DNA from: Escherichia virus TH43
Sequence record: MT446414.1
Length of the DNA: 64,000 nt
Strand: one strand, 5' to 3'
Shown: positions 1 through 9,882 of the stretch, one piece after another
Layout of the letters: each line of letters opens with the position of its first letter
Position numbering within the stretch: the first letter of the stretch is position 1
Program-made: the position numbers and the translations under genes
The notes under the pieces: generated by a model
Seen by the model: the letters and a program-made list of their open reading frames with translations, nothing else
Database searches by the model: none
Told to the model about the DNA's origin: nothing

Positions 1-2
1 TA

Positions 3-599
3 ATGAGTAAACCATTAGTAGTAATTCTGAATGGACCTCCGGGTTGTGGTAAAGACACAATCGCTAATGCTTGGCTAGAATTCACTAAAGAGAACATCGA
101 ATTTAAGCCACATATAAAGGCTTTTAAGGAGCCTATGTACCGAGTTGCTGCTGCTGCATTAGGTATTCCTATTGACGAGTTCATGGAGCTGTATAGCGAC
201 CGTGAGTGGAAAGAACGAAGCCGTCCTGAATGGGGCGGTAAGTCAGTTCGAGATTTAATGATTGCAACTAGTGAGAGCTACTTGAAGCCAATGTTTGGTG
301 ACACCTGTATGGGTAAATTGGCTGTTAGTAGTATCAAACAACAACTGTTAGGACAGAAAGATGTTATCGTCTTCTCTGATGGTGGATTCAAAGCAGAGGT
401 TTCAGAACTGGAAGAACAATTCCATGTTCAAGTAGTTCAGATTCTTCGTGATGGTTGCACTTTTGAAGGAGACTCTCGTTCTTACATCGAAGGCAGTCAG
501 AGAAACACATATTACCTAGTAAACGATTCTACTGTAGAAGATGCAATAGACTATTTAAATTGGATTGTTGTACGGACACGGAGAGATCTCTATGTCTGA
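3..599 (+). CDS. P-loop kinase, deoxynucleoside monophosphate kinase-like
   Basis: Walker A GPPGCGKDT at residues 11-19 and overall pattern resembling T4-type dNMP kinases; motif-level only. Confidence 0.55.
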   Translation: MSKPLVVILNGPPGCGKDTIANAWLEFTKENIEFKPHIKAFKEPMYRVAAAALGIPIDEFMELYSDREWKERSRPEWGGKSVRDLMIATSESYLKPMFGDTCMGKLAVSSIKQQLLGQKDVIVFSDGGFKAEVSELEEQFHVQVVQILRDGCTFEGDSRSYIEGSQRNTYYLVNDSTVEDAIDYLNWIVVRTRRDLYV

Positions 600-1413
600 T
601 GTAATTTATCCTGAAGTAGCAATTGTGGATGCAGATGTTCTGCGATATGAAGTCGGTGCTCTTACACAAGAGCATCCTTTTCTAGACACAGGTCGTGTTC
701 CAGTTGATTATGGATTCTTGATTGAACGACTTCAACATAAAATAGATGTAATCATTGCAAGGTCTGGTTGCGAGAAAACAATCTTTTACTTCAGCGAAGG
801 TGGTAATTTTCGGTTTGATATTGCTAAGCAGCAAGGTTATAAAGCTAATCGACCACCGGGAGAAAGACCTCACCACTGGCAAAATGTTAGTGATTACATT
901 AAAGAGAATTATGAATTCGTTGAAGTTTTTGGGAGAGAGGCAGATGACGCCTTAGCTGAAAGACAGAGACGTGATAAGAACACTATCATTTGCACCCGTG
1001 ATAAAGATTTGTTAATCACCCCCGGATGGCATTACCGTTGGGCTTGCGGGGAGAGACAGAAAGAAGTACCTCCTCACTATGTACCAGAGGAAGTAGCATG
1101 GCAGAACTTCTTCTATCAGATGTTGATTGGGGACAGTACAGATAACATCCCCGGATGTGGTGAGAAAGTTGAAATGATGTGGGGCGGTAACTTAGTTATG
1201 CGTCGTAAGGGTATTGGTAGCAAAGCTGCTATCAAGCTTATTGAGAAGGTATTCGATAAGTGGACTCTTTATCATATTATACGAATGGAATACTATAAGA
1301 GGTTCGAGGAAGAAGCAGAAGCTAAGATGTTAGAAAATGCTCGATTGCTCTTCGTTGGACAAGCTGAAGGCGACCTCTTTGATTGGTCGTGGTTAGATAA
1401 ATCTTGGGAATAA
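592..1413 (+). CDS. 5'-3' exonuclease / flap endonuclease (FEN family)
   Basis: Motifs GREADDALA and GDSTDNIPG...GIGSKAAIKL (H3TH) typical of T5 D15 / T7 gp6-type FENs; ATG 592 preceded by GGAGAG; track start 565 is TTG. Confidence 0.75.
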   Translation: MSDVIYPEVAIVDADVLRYEVGALTQEHPFLDTGRVPVDYGFLIERLQHKIDVIIARSGCEKTIFYFSEGGNFRFDIAKQQGYKANRPPGERPHHWQNVSDYIKENYEFVEVFGREADDALAERQRRDKNTIICTRDKDLLITPGWHYRWACGERQKEVPPHYVPEEVAWQNFFYQMLIGDSTDNIPGCGEKVEMMWGGNLVMRRKGIGSKAAIKLIEKVFDKWTLYHIIRMEYYKRFEEEAEAKMLENARLLFVGQAEGDLFDWSWLDKSWE

Positions 1414-1423
1414 GGATATTATA

Positions 1424-1615
1424 ATGGGTAAATTTGACTATCGTTCGTATGATGAAAATTCCTCTAATCGTGAGTCTCGTAAAGACCAGAAGATTAAACA
1501 TCAAGCATTTGATCGTCGTACTGGACGTATCCCTCGTGCTGAAAAAGAATCACATCGTATTAACAAACGTATTTGGGAAGATGCTGATATGGATGTAGGT
1601 TATGGCGAAAGCTGA
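1424..1615 (+). CDS. hypothetical basic protein
   Basis: ORF with AAGGA upstream of ATG; no recognisable motif. Confidence 0.35.
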   Translation: MGKFDYRSYDENSSNRESRKDQKIKHQAFDRRTGRIPRAEKESHRINKRIWEDADMDVGYGES

Positions 1616-2006
1616 GAAAACTAGATGCTCCGGTCAGTGGACTGAAGCACGATATAACTCCTTCATCAAATCAGGGATTCGTTCTCTGACTAGAAAATGG
1701 AAGCCTATGTTTGACTCTCTTAAAGAGGCTCAGACAGAGCGTAAGATCAACCCTAAAACTGGCAAGCTGGCAATGCACTATAAGTGTGCCTTGTGTGGTA
1801 ATGACTCTCCTCTGAAAGAGGTAGCTGTCGACCATATAGAACCTATTGTTCCAGTGGACCATGAAGCTACTTGGGATGAAATTATCGAGAGAGCTTTGGT
1901 TGAAGTAGATGGCTTTCAAGTCTTGTGTAAAGAACCTTGTCATAAGATTAAAACTAAGGAAGAGAATGATGCAAGACGAGAATTTAAAAAATCTAGAGAC
2001 TCCTGA
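1602..2006 (+). CDS. HNH endonuclease
   Basis: CxxC ... DHIEP ... H ... N ... LC..CH pattern of the HNH metal finger. Confidence 0.55.
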   Translation: MAKAEKTRCSGQWTEARYNSFIKSGIRSLTRKWKPMFDSLKEAQTERKINPKTGKLAMHYKCALCGNDSPLKEVAVDHIEPIVPVDHEATWDEIIERALVEVDGFQVLCKEPCHKIKTKEENDARREFKKSRDS

Positions 2007-2028
2007 AGAAAGAGAAGTCTTTGAATCT

Positions 2029-2268
2029 ATGAATAAGGAAAACACCTATGATCAAGTATCTACGAAACAAGTTCTTCGCTTTAGCTATCGTAATTGGAGA
2101 GGTGAAATTGCAGACCGCTCCGTTGTTCCTATACGAACCTCAGTTGCTTCTTCCCGTTATCATAATGGGGGCAAACCTTGTTGGATAATGACCGCTTGGG
2201 ACAACGATAAGAATGACATTAGAGAGTTTAAGCTCTCTGATATTATTAAGTATTATGATTTAATCTAG
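2029..2268 (+). CDS. hypothetical protein
   Basis: In-frame ATG at 2029 just after the HNH stop; track ORF 1909-2268 trimmed. Confidence 0.4.
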   Translation: MNKENTYDQVSTKQVLRFSYRNWRGEIADRSVVPIRTSVASSRYHNGGKPCWIMTAWDNDKNDIREFKLSDIIKYYDLI

Positions 2269-2276
2269 GAGAACAA

Positions 2277-2543
2277 ATGGATTTTAGTTCAGCACTTGTT
2301 AAAGTAAAAGAAGGGAAAAAGATCACCCGCTCTGGTTGGAATGGTGCAAACCAGTTCGTCTTTAAAGCAGGTGGTTATGAAGTAGAGGAAGCTCGACCGG
2401 GTTCTCTTTATGAAAAAGCTGATATTGTAGGTCAATTCTATATTGCCCCTCATTTAGTTTTAAAGAATGCTCAAGGTATTATACAGCCCGGATGGGTTCC
2501 ATCTCAAGGCGACCTGTTTGCAAACGATTGGGAGATTTTATGA
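2277..2543 (+). CDS. hypothetical protein
   Basis: ORF with GGAGAA upstream of ATG. Confidence 0.45.
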   Translation: MDFSSALVKVKEGKKITRSGWNGANQFVFKAGGYEVEEARPGSLYEKADIVGQFYIAPHLVLKNAQGIIQPGWVPSQGDLFANDWEIL

Positions 2544-2737
2544 TTGACTTCGAAGAAGAAAATTGGGATGTATGATGAATTCGATGGATTCTAGTAGCCT
2601 TGGGTTTTCTCTTTGTTCTAATAACTTCTATTAAGAGCAAGGACACACCCCTACTGTACAGTAGATATGGCAAGAGAAGTGGAAAAGGTTTGATATTTAA
2701 GTGTCGAATCTTTTCTTATTTATATCTAGAAATAAAG

Positions 2738-2776
2738 AAGCCCCCTTCCTTTTCAGGTTGGGGGCTTTTCTCGTTT
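2738..2776. terminator. bidirectional intrinsic terminator between convergent gene blocks
   Basis: Stem AAGCCCCC / GGGGGCTT with 14-nt loop, T-run downstream on + and T-rich tract on the complement; lies between + genes ending 2543 and - gene ending 2775. Confidence 0.6.
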
Positions 2777-5700
2777 ACTCTTTAGCTCGAACTCTAACCC
2801 GGAGTTTAGCTTGACGCTTACTTCTCTCCAACTTGTCAGACAGAGAACCACGTTTGACTTTCAACTCTCCCTCGTCATTATACTTCTCCAAGAACTGTAA
2901 ATACTCTTGTCGAGTAGTTGTCTTGTAAGAAGGAATCTTAACATCAGGATTCTCTTCAATCACACGTCTAATCTTCGCTACATCATCCCGCCCTAAAAGT
3001 TTCCCTTTAGCTTGTTCAGCAGTAGAACCAAAGATTTTCTCCAGTGCTCTAGATTTGTTACCACCCGCTGAAGCAGCACCAAGTTTCGCAATAGCAGAGT
3101 AATCGTCAGCACTAAACCAAGCCACTGGATTATCTCCATATTGTTTCTTGTTCTCCGCAGCAGTTTGTAAAGCACGCACAAAGCGACGGTTATTACCAGC
3201 TTTGTCAGCACCATGAACCCTATCTAGAACTTCTGCTACACTAGCCAGCTCCTGCAAGTCTTTCCCTTCGATAAAAGCTTTCTCTGCTTTGTTAGCAAAG
3301 TCATCTTCCTGCTTCTTAATACTTTCCAGTATATCAGAGGAGGCTTGAGACCTTTCATCTTCCGGCAACGCCGAACGAACTTTCTCCATTTCCAACTCTT
3401 CATCCTGAAGTTTCTTCAACTCAGAATCTACCTTCCTAGCATCTTCGATAGCTTTCGAAGTATCTGCATCCACCTCTACCTTCCCATCCATATCACCAGT
3501 TGCCTTAGCAATATCTTTCTCGATTGGTGTCATCTTCTCAAAATCCTTAGCAAACTTTGAAATATCCGATTCAATACGAGAACGAGCATTCTGGTGCTCA
3601 GTAGGAGTCATAGGTTTCTCCAGAAGAGAGTAACGGTTATCCATATAAGAACCTGCAAAGATTTCTGCATCTTCTTTAGGAATCCCTTTATCCTCCATAG
3701 AACGCATCAGGCGCTTATGAATGTCATCACGTTGGCGTTGTATTGCCATGCGATCGTTCTCTGCTTCCTGAGCTTCTTTGAGCTTCTTGTCACGTTGTAC
3801 ACGGGAATCAATGTCGTATTTACGGTTCATCTCTTCCGCCTGTTCGTACATCTTATTCCACTTAGCTTCTCGAGCATCTTCTTCCGCTTCAGTGAGACGA
3901 CGCTTACGGTCAATGTAATCACTTTCTGCGTTGTGGATACGTTCGATAATACTACGGAAACGCTCCGGTGGCACAGGAGAGTTCTTATCGTGGTGAGCTG
4001 CTAACTGTTTCAGTGTACGACCTTCCTGAGACTCACGTACCGACTCTGGTAAATCTTTCAACAGGTTCTCCATCTCCGATTTCTGAGCCGCTATAGCTTC
4101 GAGAGACTGTCTTTCTGTCTCTACTGCTGCCTTGGCATCACTACGAGCTTTAGCCCTGTTACGGAGCGTCTCAAGACGTTCTTGACGTGCTTGCAAATGT
4201 TTAGCTGCTGCTTCGTACTGAGAGTTCTTATTAGCTTTGTTGAACATGTTAACTTCACGGTTATATGTGTTAATGAAGCCATCCCATATATCCTTCATCT
4301 GTCCCACTTCCAAAGCATCTTCCCTTCCAGCCTTCTCTGAAGCTTTAAACTTCCCATCTACAAAGTCTTCCATCAACTTACGCATAGCATCTTTTTGAGC
4401 TGGACGTAATGGCTCTGCATCAAGAAGTAAATTGATTTCGCTGTGTAACTCTTTCTTCTGGTCAACCAGCTTAGGAGCATCAGCTTTATCAAGCTTCTTA
4501 TTCTCTGCAAGAGCTTCTTCATACATCCTATTAAATTCATCATCACGTTGTTTCTGATACAGACGTTCAGACCTACGCTTCAGTGAGTCTAGACTAGTCA
4601 CGTTCCCACCAATACCTTTCTCCTCAGCACGTAATGCCTTGGTAGCAATATCAGAAGGTAGACCACGTTCCTTAACCCAATCAGCAAACGAAGAACGAAC
4701 ACGTTGTGACTTAGCAGCAGCAATACCCTGTTGAGAAGCAAGTTGGTTACGAGCCATCTCAGCATGACGTTCAGCATTGTTGGCTTGGTCTTCCTGACGG
4801 ATACGACGCATCAACTCTTTCGGGTCACCTTTATAAGAAAGGAAGTTCTCAGCTGTGGCTTTAGCCTTAGCACCTGCCGTATACAGAGAACGAGCAAAGC
4901 GATCTGCACGATCTTTAGTAGCTTGACGGGCAGCACTTGACATAGCAGCCAGACGCTCTATTCCAGTAGCTGGTTTAACAGGCTCAGGCTCAACCTCAGG
5001 AGCTTTAGGAGCACGGGTAGGTAATGGCTCGGCTTGAACGATAGGCTCCTCAGGAACGCTCTCAGCAGCCTTGCTAGCCTCTTCTGCTTCTTGACGTTTA
5101 CGAGCTTCTGCAACAGCACGACGCTGAGCAACTAAATCCCTTGCGGTAGTAACTGGTTCTTGTGGAACTGGCTCTGGAGTTGGTTCTTCCTGAACCCTGT
5201 TAGCTTCGGCTTCTTGACGTCTAGCTTCAGCTTCCTTCAAAGCACGTCTCTGTGCGACCAAATCACGAGCAGTTAAAGGAGAGGTTTCTGGAGAGGAAAT
5301 TTCTTCCGTCACAGTAGTAGCAGAAGGCTCCCGAACCGGTTCGATTTCCGTGTCATTTTGAGTCTTAAATTTAATGTCATCAACTTCAGGTTCTTTCTCC
5401 ATCGCAGCACGGGCTTCATCAGCCTGAGCACGAGCACGAGTTACTTCCATATCACTACGAGCAAGAGAACGAATAGCTTCACTGTTAGCAGCCTGCTGGC
5501 TTTCACGTTGAGAGCGAGCACGGTCAGAACGGAAACGGTTAAGAACATGCTTAGCAGCACCAAGAGGATTCTTAATCAGAACTGGAGGAGCAGCTTCTTT
5601 AAAACCATCAGCAGTCAGAGAAGTCCAACCACGGTCTTGGTTACTCATTAACTTAGCTGTGTTATTCAGAGTGAAAGCATCTTGGATTGGGTTGAAACCT

Positions 5701-7193
5701 TCAGGCATTCCTTTAAGTTTCTTCAAACCACCAATAGCAGTTTTCATTTCTGGAGATACATTATCAGCCAGTTTCTGAAGCTCTGTAGCTTTCTCTATGA
5801 AGTTATTAAAGTCTTCACCATCACGAGCTTTGAATCGATTAGCTTCGTTATAGAAAGTTTTATAAGCATCAATGAAATCACGATCTGCTTGGGTACGATT
5901 CTTAATGTCCATAGCACTACCAGTAAAATCACCACTGGCACGAGCAGCTGTTAATTCACGATCAAGGTTATCCAGAACATCAGACAAAGATTTAGTGTTG
6001 TCTTTTGTATAATCAGCCATTGCATCTTTCATTGCCACAGCTTGTTTCTGGTTATGTTCGTTGTCTGCGTTAGCTTTACCTTGCTTCTTATTAGGAGCAG
6101 CAAGAGGATTTAAACCCGGAACATTAGAACGATCTTCCAGAATAGTAGCAGCCTTCTCGGCACGACTTTGATCAGTATTAAGGATACGCTGAGCAGCAGG
6201 AGAGTCCATAGCCACAGCATCAGTAACACGGAAACCGTTCTCATCGAGGAGATTAAGAGCAGAAGCTGTGTTAGCGTTATCAGCTTTAGAGTAAGCCTCT
6301 CTTAGTTCGTCTGCATTTTTAGCTGAGCGAATAGCTTCATCTTCAGCGGCAATGTCAGTCTTAACGTGTTCTGGAGTACGGTCAAAGACTTGAGGACTAG
6401 GACGACTTATCAATCCATGAACCCCACCAATAGCCCCACCGTAAGCAGCACCCATCGCACCTTCTTCTACAGCACCTTCAATGATATTAGCAAGAGTAGT
6501 GTCATCACCATATTTGTTCTGTGCTTCAGCAGCACCTACAAGAGCACCACCTTTAGCACCAGCCACTGCGTTAGATGCTACACTCTGACCAACACGACCT
6601 AGGGTAGTAGAAGCAGTGCCTGTCATCCCCGGAAGAATCTTCTGAGCTGCAAAGTTAGCACCACCAACTAAACCAGCATCAAGAACAGACTTCTCTTCAC
6701 CCTCTTCTGGAGTTTGGTCTGCATAAGCTCTACCTGTTTCACGAGCTGCAATAACAGCAGCAGCTACAGCTGGGTTAGCAACCGTAAGACCAATATCAGC
6801 GGCAACGCCAGCATACTGACCTACAGATTTACCTACACCATCTTCGATTTGAGAGAGACGTTCTTCTAGTAAGTTTTTAGAGTTGTCTTGAATACGCTTA
6901 CCGTAACTTGTCTGTGTACCAGCTAGATTTTCTCCAATCTCAACTAATCCACCAATACCTCTAGCAGCACTGGCTGCAATGTTTGCACCACCTGATTGAA
7001 TAGCGTTGGACACACCTTGGGCAAAATCACCAACCAACCCCGGTTGCTCTTCTTGTTTAGGAGCTGGAGCAGCCTCAGGAATCGTTCCACCCGCTGCTTT
7101 ATACTGTTCTCGCATCTGAGACTGTTGCTCAGGGGAGGCATTCAAATACGCAGGGCTTTTAGAAGCTTCTTCCCACGGTTTTAAGTTCGCCAT
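2775..7193 (-). CDS. large virion protein, 1472 aa (tape-measure-like or internal ejection protein)
   Basis: Very long Ala/Glu/Lys/Arg-rich coiled-coil-type protein with internal tandem repeat (ARDLVAQRRA... twice); last gene of the structural operon. Confidence 0.6.
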   Translation of the reverse strand: MANLKPWEEASKSPAYLNASPEQQSQMREQYKAAGGTIPEAAPAPKQEEQPGLVGDFAQGVSNAIQSGGANIAASAARGIGGLVEIGENLAGTQTSYGKRIQDNSKNLLEERLSQIEDGVGKSVGQYAGVAADIGLTVANPAVAAAVIAARETGRAYADQTPEEGEEKSVLDAGLVGGANFAAQKILPGMTGTASTTLGRVGQSVASNAVAGAKGGALVGAAEAQNKYGDDTTLANIIEGAVEEGAMGAAYGGAIGGVHGLISRPSPQVFDRTPEHVKTDIAAEDEAIRSAKNADELREAYSKADNANTASALNLLDENGFRVTDAVAMDSPAAQRILNTDQSRAEKAATILEDRSNVPGLNPLAAPNKKQGKANADNEHNQKQAVAMKDAMADYTKDNTKSLSDVLDNLDRELTAARASGDFTGSAMDIKNRTQADRDFIDAYKTFYNEANRFKARDGEDFNNFIEKATELQKLADNVSPEMKTAIGGLKKLKGMPEGFNPIQDAFTLNNTAKLMSNQDRGWTSLTADGFKEAAPPVLIKNPLGAAKHVLNRFRSDRARSQRESQQAANSEAIRSLARSDMEVTRARAQADEARAAMEKEPEVDDIKFKTQNDTEIEPVREPSATTVTEEISSPETSPLTARDLVAQRRALKEAEARRQEAEANRVQEEPTPEPVPQEPVTTARDLVAQRRAVAEARKRQEAEEASKAAESVPEEPIVQAEPLPTRAPKAPEVEPEPVKPATGIERLAAMSSAARQATKDRADRFARSLYTAGAKAKATAENFLSYKGDPKELMRRIRQEDQANNAERHAEMARNQLASQQGIAAAKSQRVRSSFADWVKERGLPSDIATKALRAEEKGIGGNVTSLDSLKRRSERLYQKQRDDEFNRMYEEALAENKKLDKADAPKLVDQKKELHSEINLLLDAEPLRPAQKDAMRKLMEDFVDGKFKASEKAGREDALEVGQMKDIWDGFINTYNREVNMFNKANKNSQYEAAAKHLQARQERLETLRNRAKARSDAKAAVETERQSLEAIAAQKSEMENLLKDLPESVRESQEGRTLKQLAAHHDKNSPVPPERFRSIIERIHNAESDYIDRKRRLTEAEEDAREAKWNKMYEQAEEMNRKYDIDSRVQRDKKLKEAQEAENDRMAIQRQRDDIHKRLMRSMEDKGIPKEDAEIFAGSYMDNRYSLLEKPMTPTEHQNARSRIESDISKFAKDFEKMTPIEKDIAKATGDMDGKVEVDADTSKAIEDARKVDSELKKLQDEELEMEKVRSALPEDERSQASSDILESIKKQEDDFANKAEKAFIEGKDLQELASVAEVLDRVHGADKAGNNRRFVRALQTAAENKKQYGDNPVAWFSADDYSAIAKLGAASAGGNKSRALEKIFGSTAEQAKGKLLGRDDVAKIRRVIEENPDVKIPSYKTTTRQEYLQFLEKYNDEGELKVKRGSLSDKLERSKRQAKLRVRVRAKE

Positions 7194-7258
7194 AATTTCT
7201 CCTTATAAATAAAAATGTCCTACCTCCTATATACATTATAAGAGATAGGACTTAGGTC

Positions 7259-8890
7259 TTACTGAGTCATCCAATCAGTGTTAGAAGACAAAGCACCGTT
7301 AAGTTTAGGATTGGTTGCTGAACCACCAACAGCTGCTTCAGACTCTGCTTCGAATACACCGAGAGGGTCATAGAAACCAGCAGAAGGAATAGCTCGGTTA
7401 ACAAGAGCAGTTGCACGTTTCTTGTCCATACCAGAACCAACATAAGCTTCAATAGTTGCTTTCTTAGAATCTTTAACACCTTTCTCAGCAGAAGTAGCAC
7501 CGACCGTCGCTTGTTTACGAGCATAAGACAGAGCAGCATCAGATGGACGATAACCAGCTTTAAGAGACCAAGTGTTACCTACCTTAACAAGAATGGATGG
7601 GTCTTCTGCGAAGTGTGACAAGTCATCAGCTTGCAGAGAACGGTTAGCTCCAATCTCAGCTCTTGCGGAGTTCATAATAGCCTGCATGTAAGCAGAACGA
7701 GCAGTCTGATAATCACCATCCTTAACTGCTTTGTCTGCCAAATCCAAATCTTTATGAGACTGGTTAAACAGTCCTGCCTTCTCTGCCCACTGTTTAGCAA
7801 CCGTACCTTCAGCAGTGTTCTGAGCAAGACGAACTTCTTTCGGGTTAAAGTTAAAACTTTGAGCAGCTTGTTCTGCACGGTCTGCCTTAACTTGATCACG
7901 ATAACCAATCAACTCTTTCTGTTTCTCAAACTGAGCATCAGCACGTTGTTCAGCAGCACGACGAGTTTCAGCAGCACGTTCCCGCATCGAATTCTCTTGA
8001 ATCTGTTGACGTCTGTCCCACTCTTGATTAGCACGAGCTTCGTCTTGAGCGGCTAGAGCCATCTTCTCTTGAGGACTAATCTGACGCATCTTCAGAAGAG
8101 AAGGATCACCAGCAGCTACAGCAGCAGCTACAGAATCCTGAGAGTAACCTTGTTCGATCAGGTTATCACGGTTCAGTTCTAATTGTTGTTTAGCTTCATC
8201 CTGAGATGCCATACCAGAGCCAATCTGGAATGCTTCAATCGGAGATTTACCAGACATAATAGAAAGACCCACACCCATCAATCCTGTATAGAAACTAGAG
8301 TTTTGATAGAAAGGTTGTTTCTGCATAGTCTTCCAAGCTTCTGCTGGATTCTTGGACTGTGCAACTTTAAGAATATCCTGATTCACACGTTCCTGATCAG
8401 CAGCACGAGTAGCACCACCCATACCTTCACCCTGAGGAACACCAGAAGCGATAGTATTCATGACACCTTGGGCCTGTTGTACTTGCTCAGGGGCAAACTC
8501 TTTATCTGACTCTTCAATTGGTTTAGCAGGAGCTGTAACCGGAAGAGGGTTAGAAGCAGGAGCTACGTCAGCAGGCATCATAGAGCCTTCATCACCCGGA
8601 TTAATGCCAGCATCAATACCAGCCAAACTAGTAGGAGTAGAAATACCCTGCTGTTCATAAAGACGTTGCTTGAATCCCGGATTCATCATAGCTTCTTGGT
8701 CAGCCTGTGCTTGTTCGACTGTAGCTCCTAAGACAGCAGGAAGAGCTGGACGCTGATACATAGATAAGTCAGCTGCTGGACCAGCAGGTCTGGACATGTA
8801 AGGAGAGGCCGTAACCCCTCTCTGACGATCACCATAAATCTGATTTCGCGGGTCTTGACTACGAAGATACGCGTAAGATGTTTGTTGCAT
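7259..8890 (-). CDS. virion structural protein, 543 aa
   Basis: Long ORF in the structural operon; Ala/Gln-rich; no specific motif. Confidence 0.5.
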   Translation of the reverse strand: MQQTSYAYLRSQDPRNQIYGDRQRGVTASPYMSRPAGPAADLSMYQRPALPAVLGATVEQAQADQEAMMNPGFKQRLYEQQGISTPTSLAGIDAGINPGDEGSMMPADVAPASNPLPVTAPAKPIEESDKEFAPEQVQQAQGVMNTIASGVPQGEGMGGATRAADQERVNQDILKVAQSKNPAEAWKTMQKQPFYQNSSFYTGLMGVGLSIMSGKSPIEAFQIGSGMASQDEAKQQLELNRDNLIEQGYSQDSVAAAVAAGDPSLLKMRQISPQEKMALAAQDEARANQEWDRRQQIQENSMRERAAETRRAAEQRADAQFEKQKELIGYRDQVKADRAEQAAQSFNFNPKEVRLAQNTAEGTVAKQWAEKAGLFNQSHKDLDLADKAVKDGDYQTARSAYMQAIMNSARAEIGANRSLQADDLSHFAEDPSILVKVGNTWSLKAGYRPSDAALSYARKQATVGATSAEKGVKDSKKATIEAYVGSGMDKKRATALVNRAIPSAGFYDPLGVFEAESEAAVGGSATNPKLNGALSSNTDWMTQ

Positions 8891-8904
8891 AATTAATCTC
8901 CTAA

Positions 8905-9873
8905 TTAAGAACTAGCCAACCCACCGATAACCCCACCTGCTAACGCACCCCAAGGTCCGAAGGAAGAGCCTGCTGCTGCGCCACTCATAGCACCACCTAA
9001 GAAACCACTCCCACCACCTGAAACCTTATTAGTAGTTGTAGTACCTAAAGCACCGTTGAGAACACCAGCTGCACCGAGTTGGTTGTTAATGTCTTGCCAG
9101 CCCCAATTGGCTGCATTCTGAGCATTTGTATAAGCATTATCCAGACCAGCTTGTTGCTGTTGCTGTTGCTGCAAACCTGCTGCCCACTGATTCTGCATCT
9201 GCTGCTGGGATAGTTGACCTGCTTGGGTTCCTAGATTAGATAAAGAACTACCAATTCCAGAGAGTCCACTTAGAGCAGAAGCTTGAGATTGTCTATTACC
9301 TGACAGAATGCTTTGAGCTTGATTAAGAGCTGAATCATAAGCACTGTTGGTAATATTGGTTGCTGTGTTCTGCATCTGATTAAGAGCATCACCTTGAGCA
9401 AAAGATTTAGCCATTCTAGCACCTGAACCTTGCTGTCCAGCATATTGCTGAGCCAACTGAGGTAGAGCATTACGAGCCAAATCCTGTTGTGTCTGTTCAT
9501 TGTTAGCTGTAATAGCAGCCTGAACAGCTTCATCGTCATAGAGCTGACCAGCCAAGGCACCAATCTGTTCACCAGTAATTTGACCAGAGTTAGATAGGTT
9601 GTTATATCCTGAATTGGCTTGGTCGAGATACCCCAGACCAGATTGAGCAGCATCCATATATTGAGAAGACAGAGCACCAAGTGCTCCTGATTGAGAAAGG
9701 TTATTCAGAGCCTCAGTTTGGTTCTGATTGAAACCTACATTATCTCTATAAACATAATCGCCTGAACTTGTGTTATTCACCTGATTAACCAGTTGGTCAA
9801 TATAGGATTGAATATATTCAGGTCTTGTCATTTTGGAAGTAGAAGAGCTACTCCCTCCACCGAATAAAGCCAT
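8905..9873 (-). CDS. Gln/Asn/Gly-rich virion protein, paralog 1
   Basis: Low-complexity Q/N/S/G-rich protein with Gly-rich hydrophobic C-terminus; N-terminus MALFGGGSS matches neighbour MSLFGSASK. Confidence 0.5.
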   Translation of the reverse strand: MALFGGGSSSSTSKMTRPEYIQSYIDQLVNQVNNTSSGDYVYRDNVGFNQNQTEALNNLSQSGALGALSSQYMDAAQSGLGYLDQANSGYNNLSNSGQITGEQIGALAGQLYDDEAVQAAITANNEQTQQDLARNALPQLAQQYAGQQGSGARMAKSFAQGDALNQMQNTATNITNSAYDSALNQAQSILSGNRQSQASALSGLSGIGSSLSNLGTQAGQLSQQQMQNQWAAGLQQQQQQQAGLDNAYTNAQNAANWGWQDINNQLGAAGVLNGALGTTTTNKVSGGGSGFLGGAMSGAAAGSSFGPWGALAGGVIGGLASS

Positions 9874-9882
9874 AAACCCTCC

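Noticed and set aside
3345-6602. Several + strand ORFs of 70-136 aa (3345-3560, 3594-4004, 4731-4940, 5358-5651, 5682-5954, 6366-6602) inside the 1472-aa gene
   Set aside because: They lie antisense within a long, continuous - strand ORF with clear protein-like composition, have Ser/Thr/Phe-rich low-complexity translations typical of antisense frames, and lack ribosome-binding sites.
2775-7193. Firm assignment of the 1472-aa protein as a tail tape-measure protein, and therefore of the phage as a siphovirus
   Set aside because: Composition and internal repeats fit a tape measure, but I could not identify a major tail tube protein, tail assembly chaperone pair or sheath gene in the operon; an internal ejection protein of a short-tailed phage is equally compatible, so morphology is left open.
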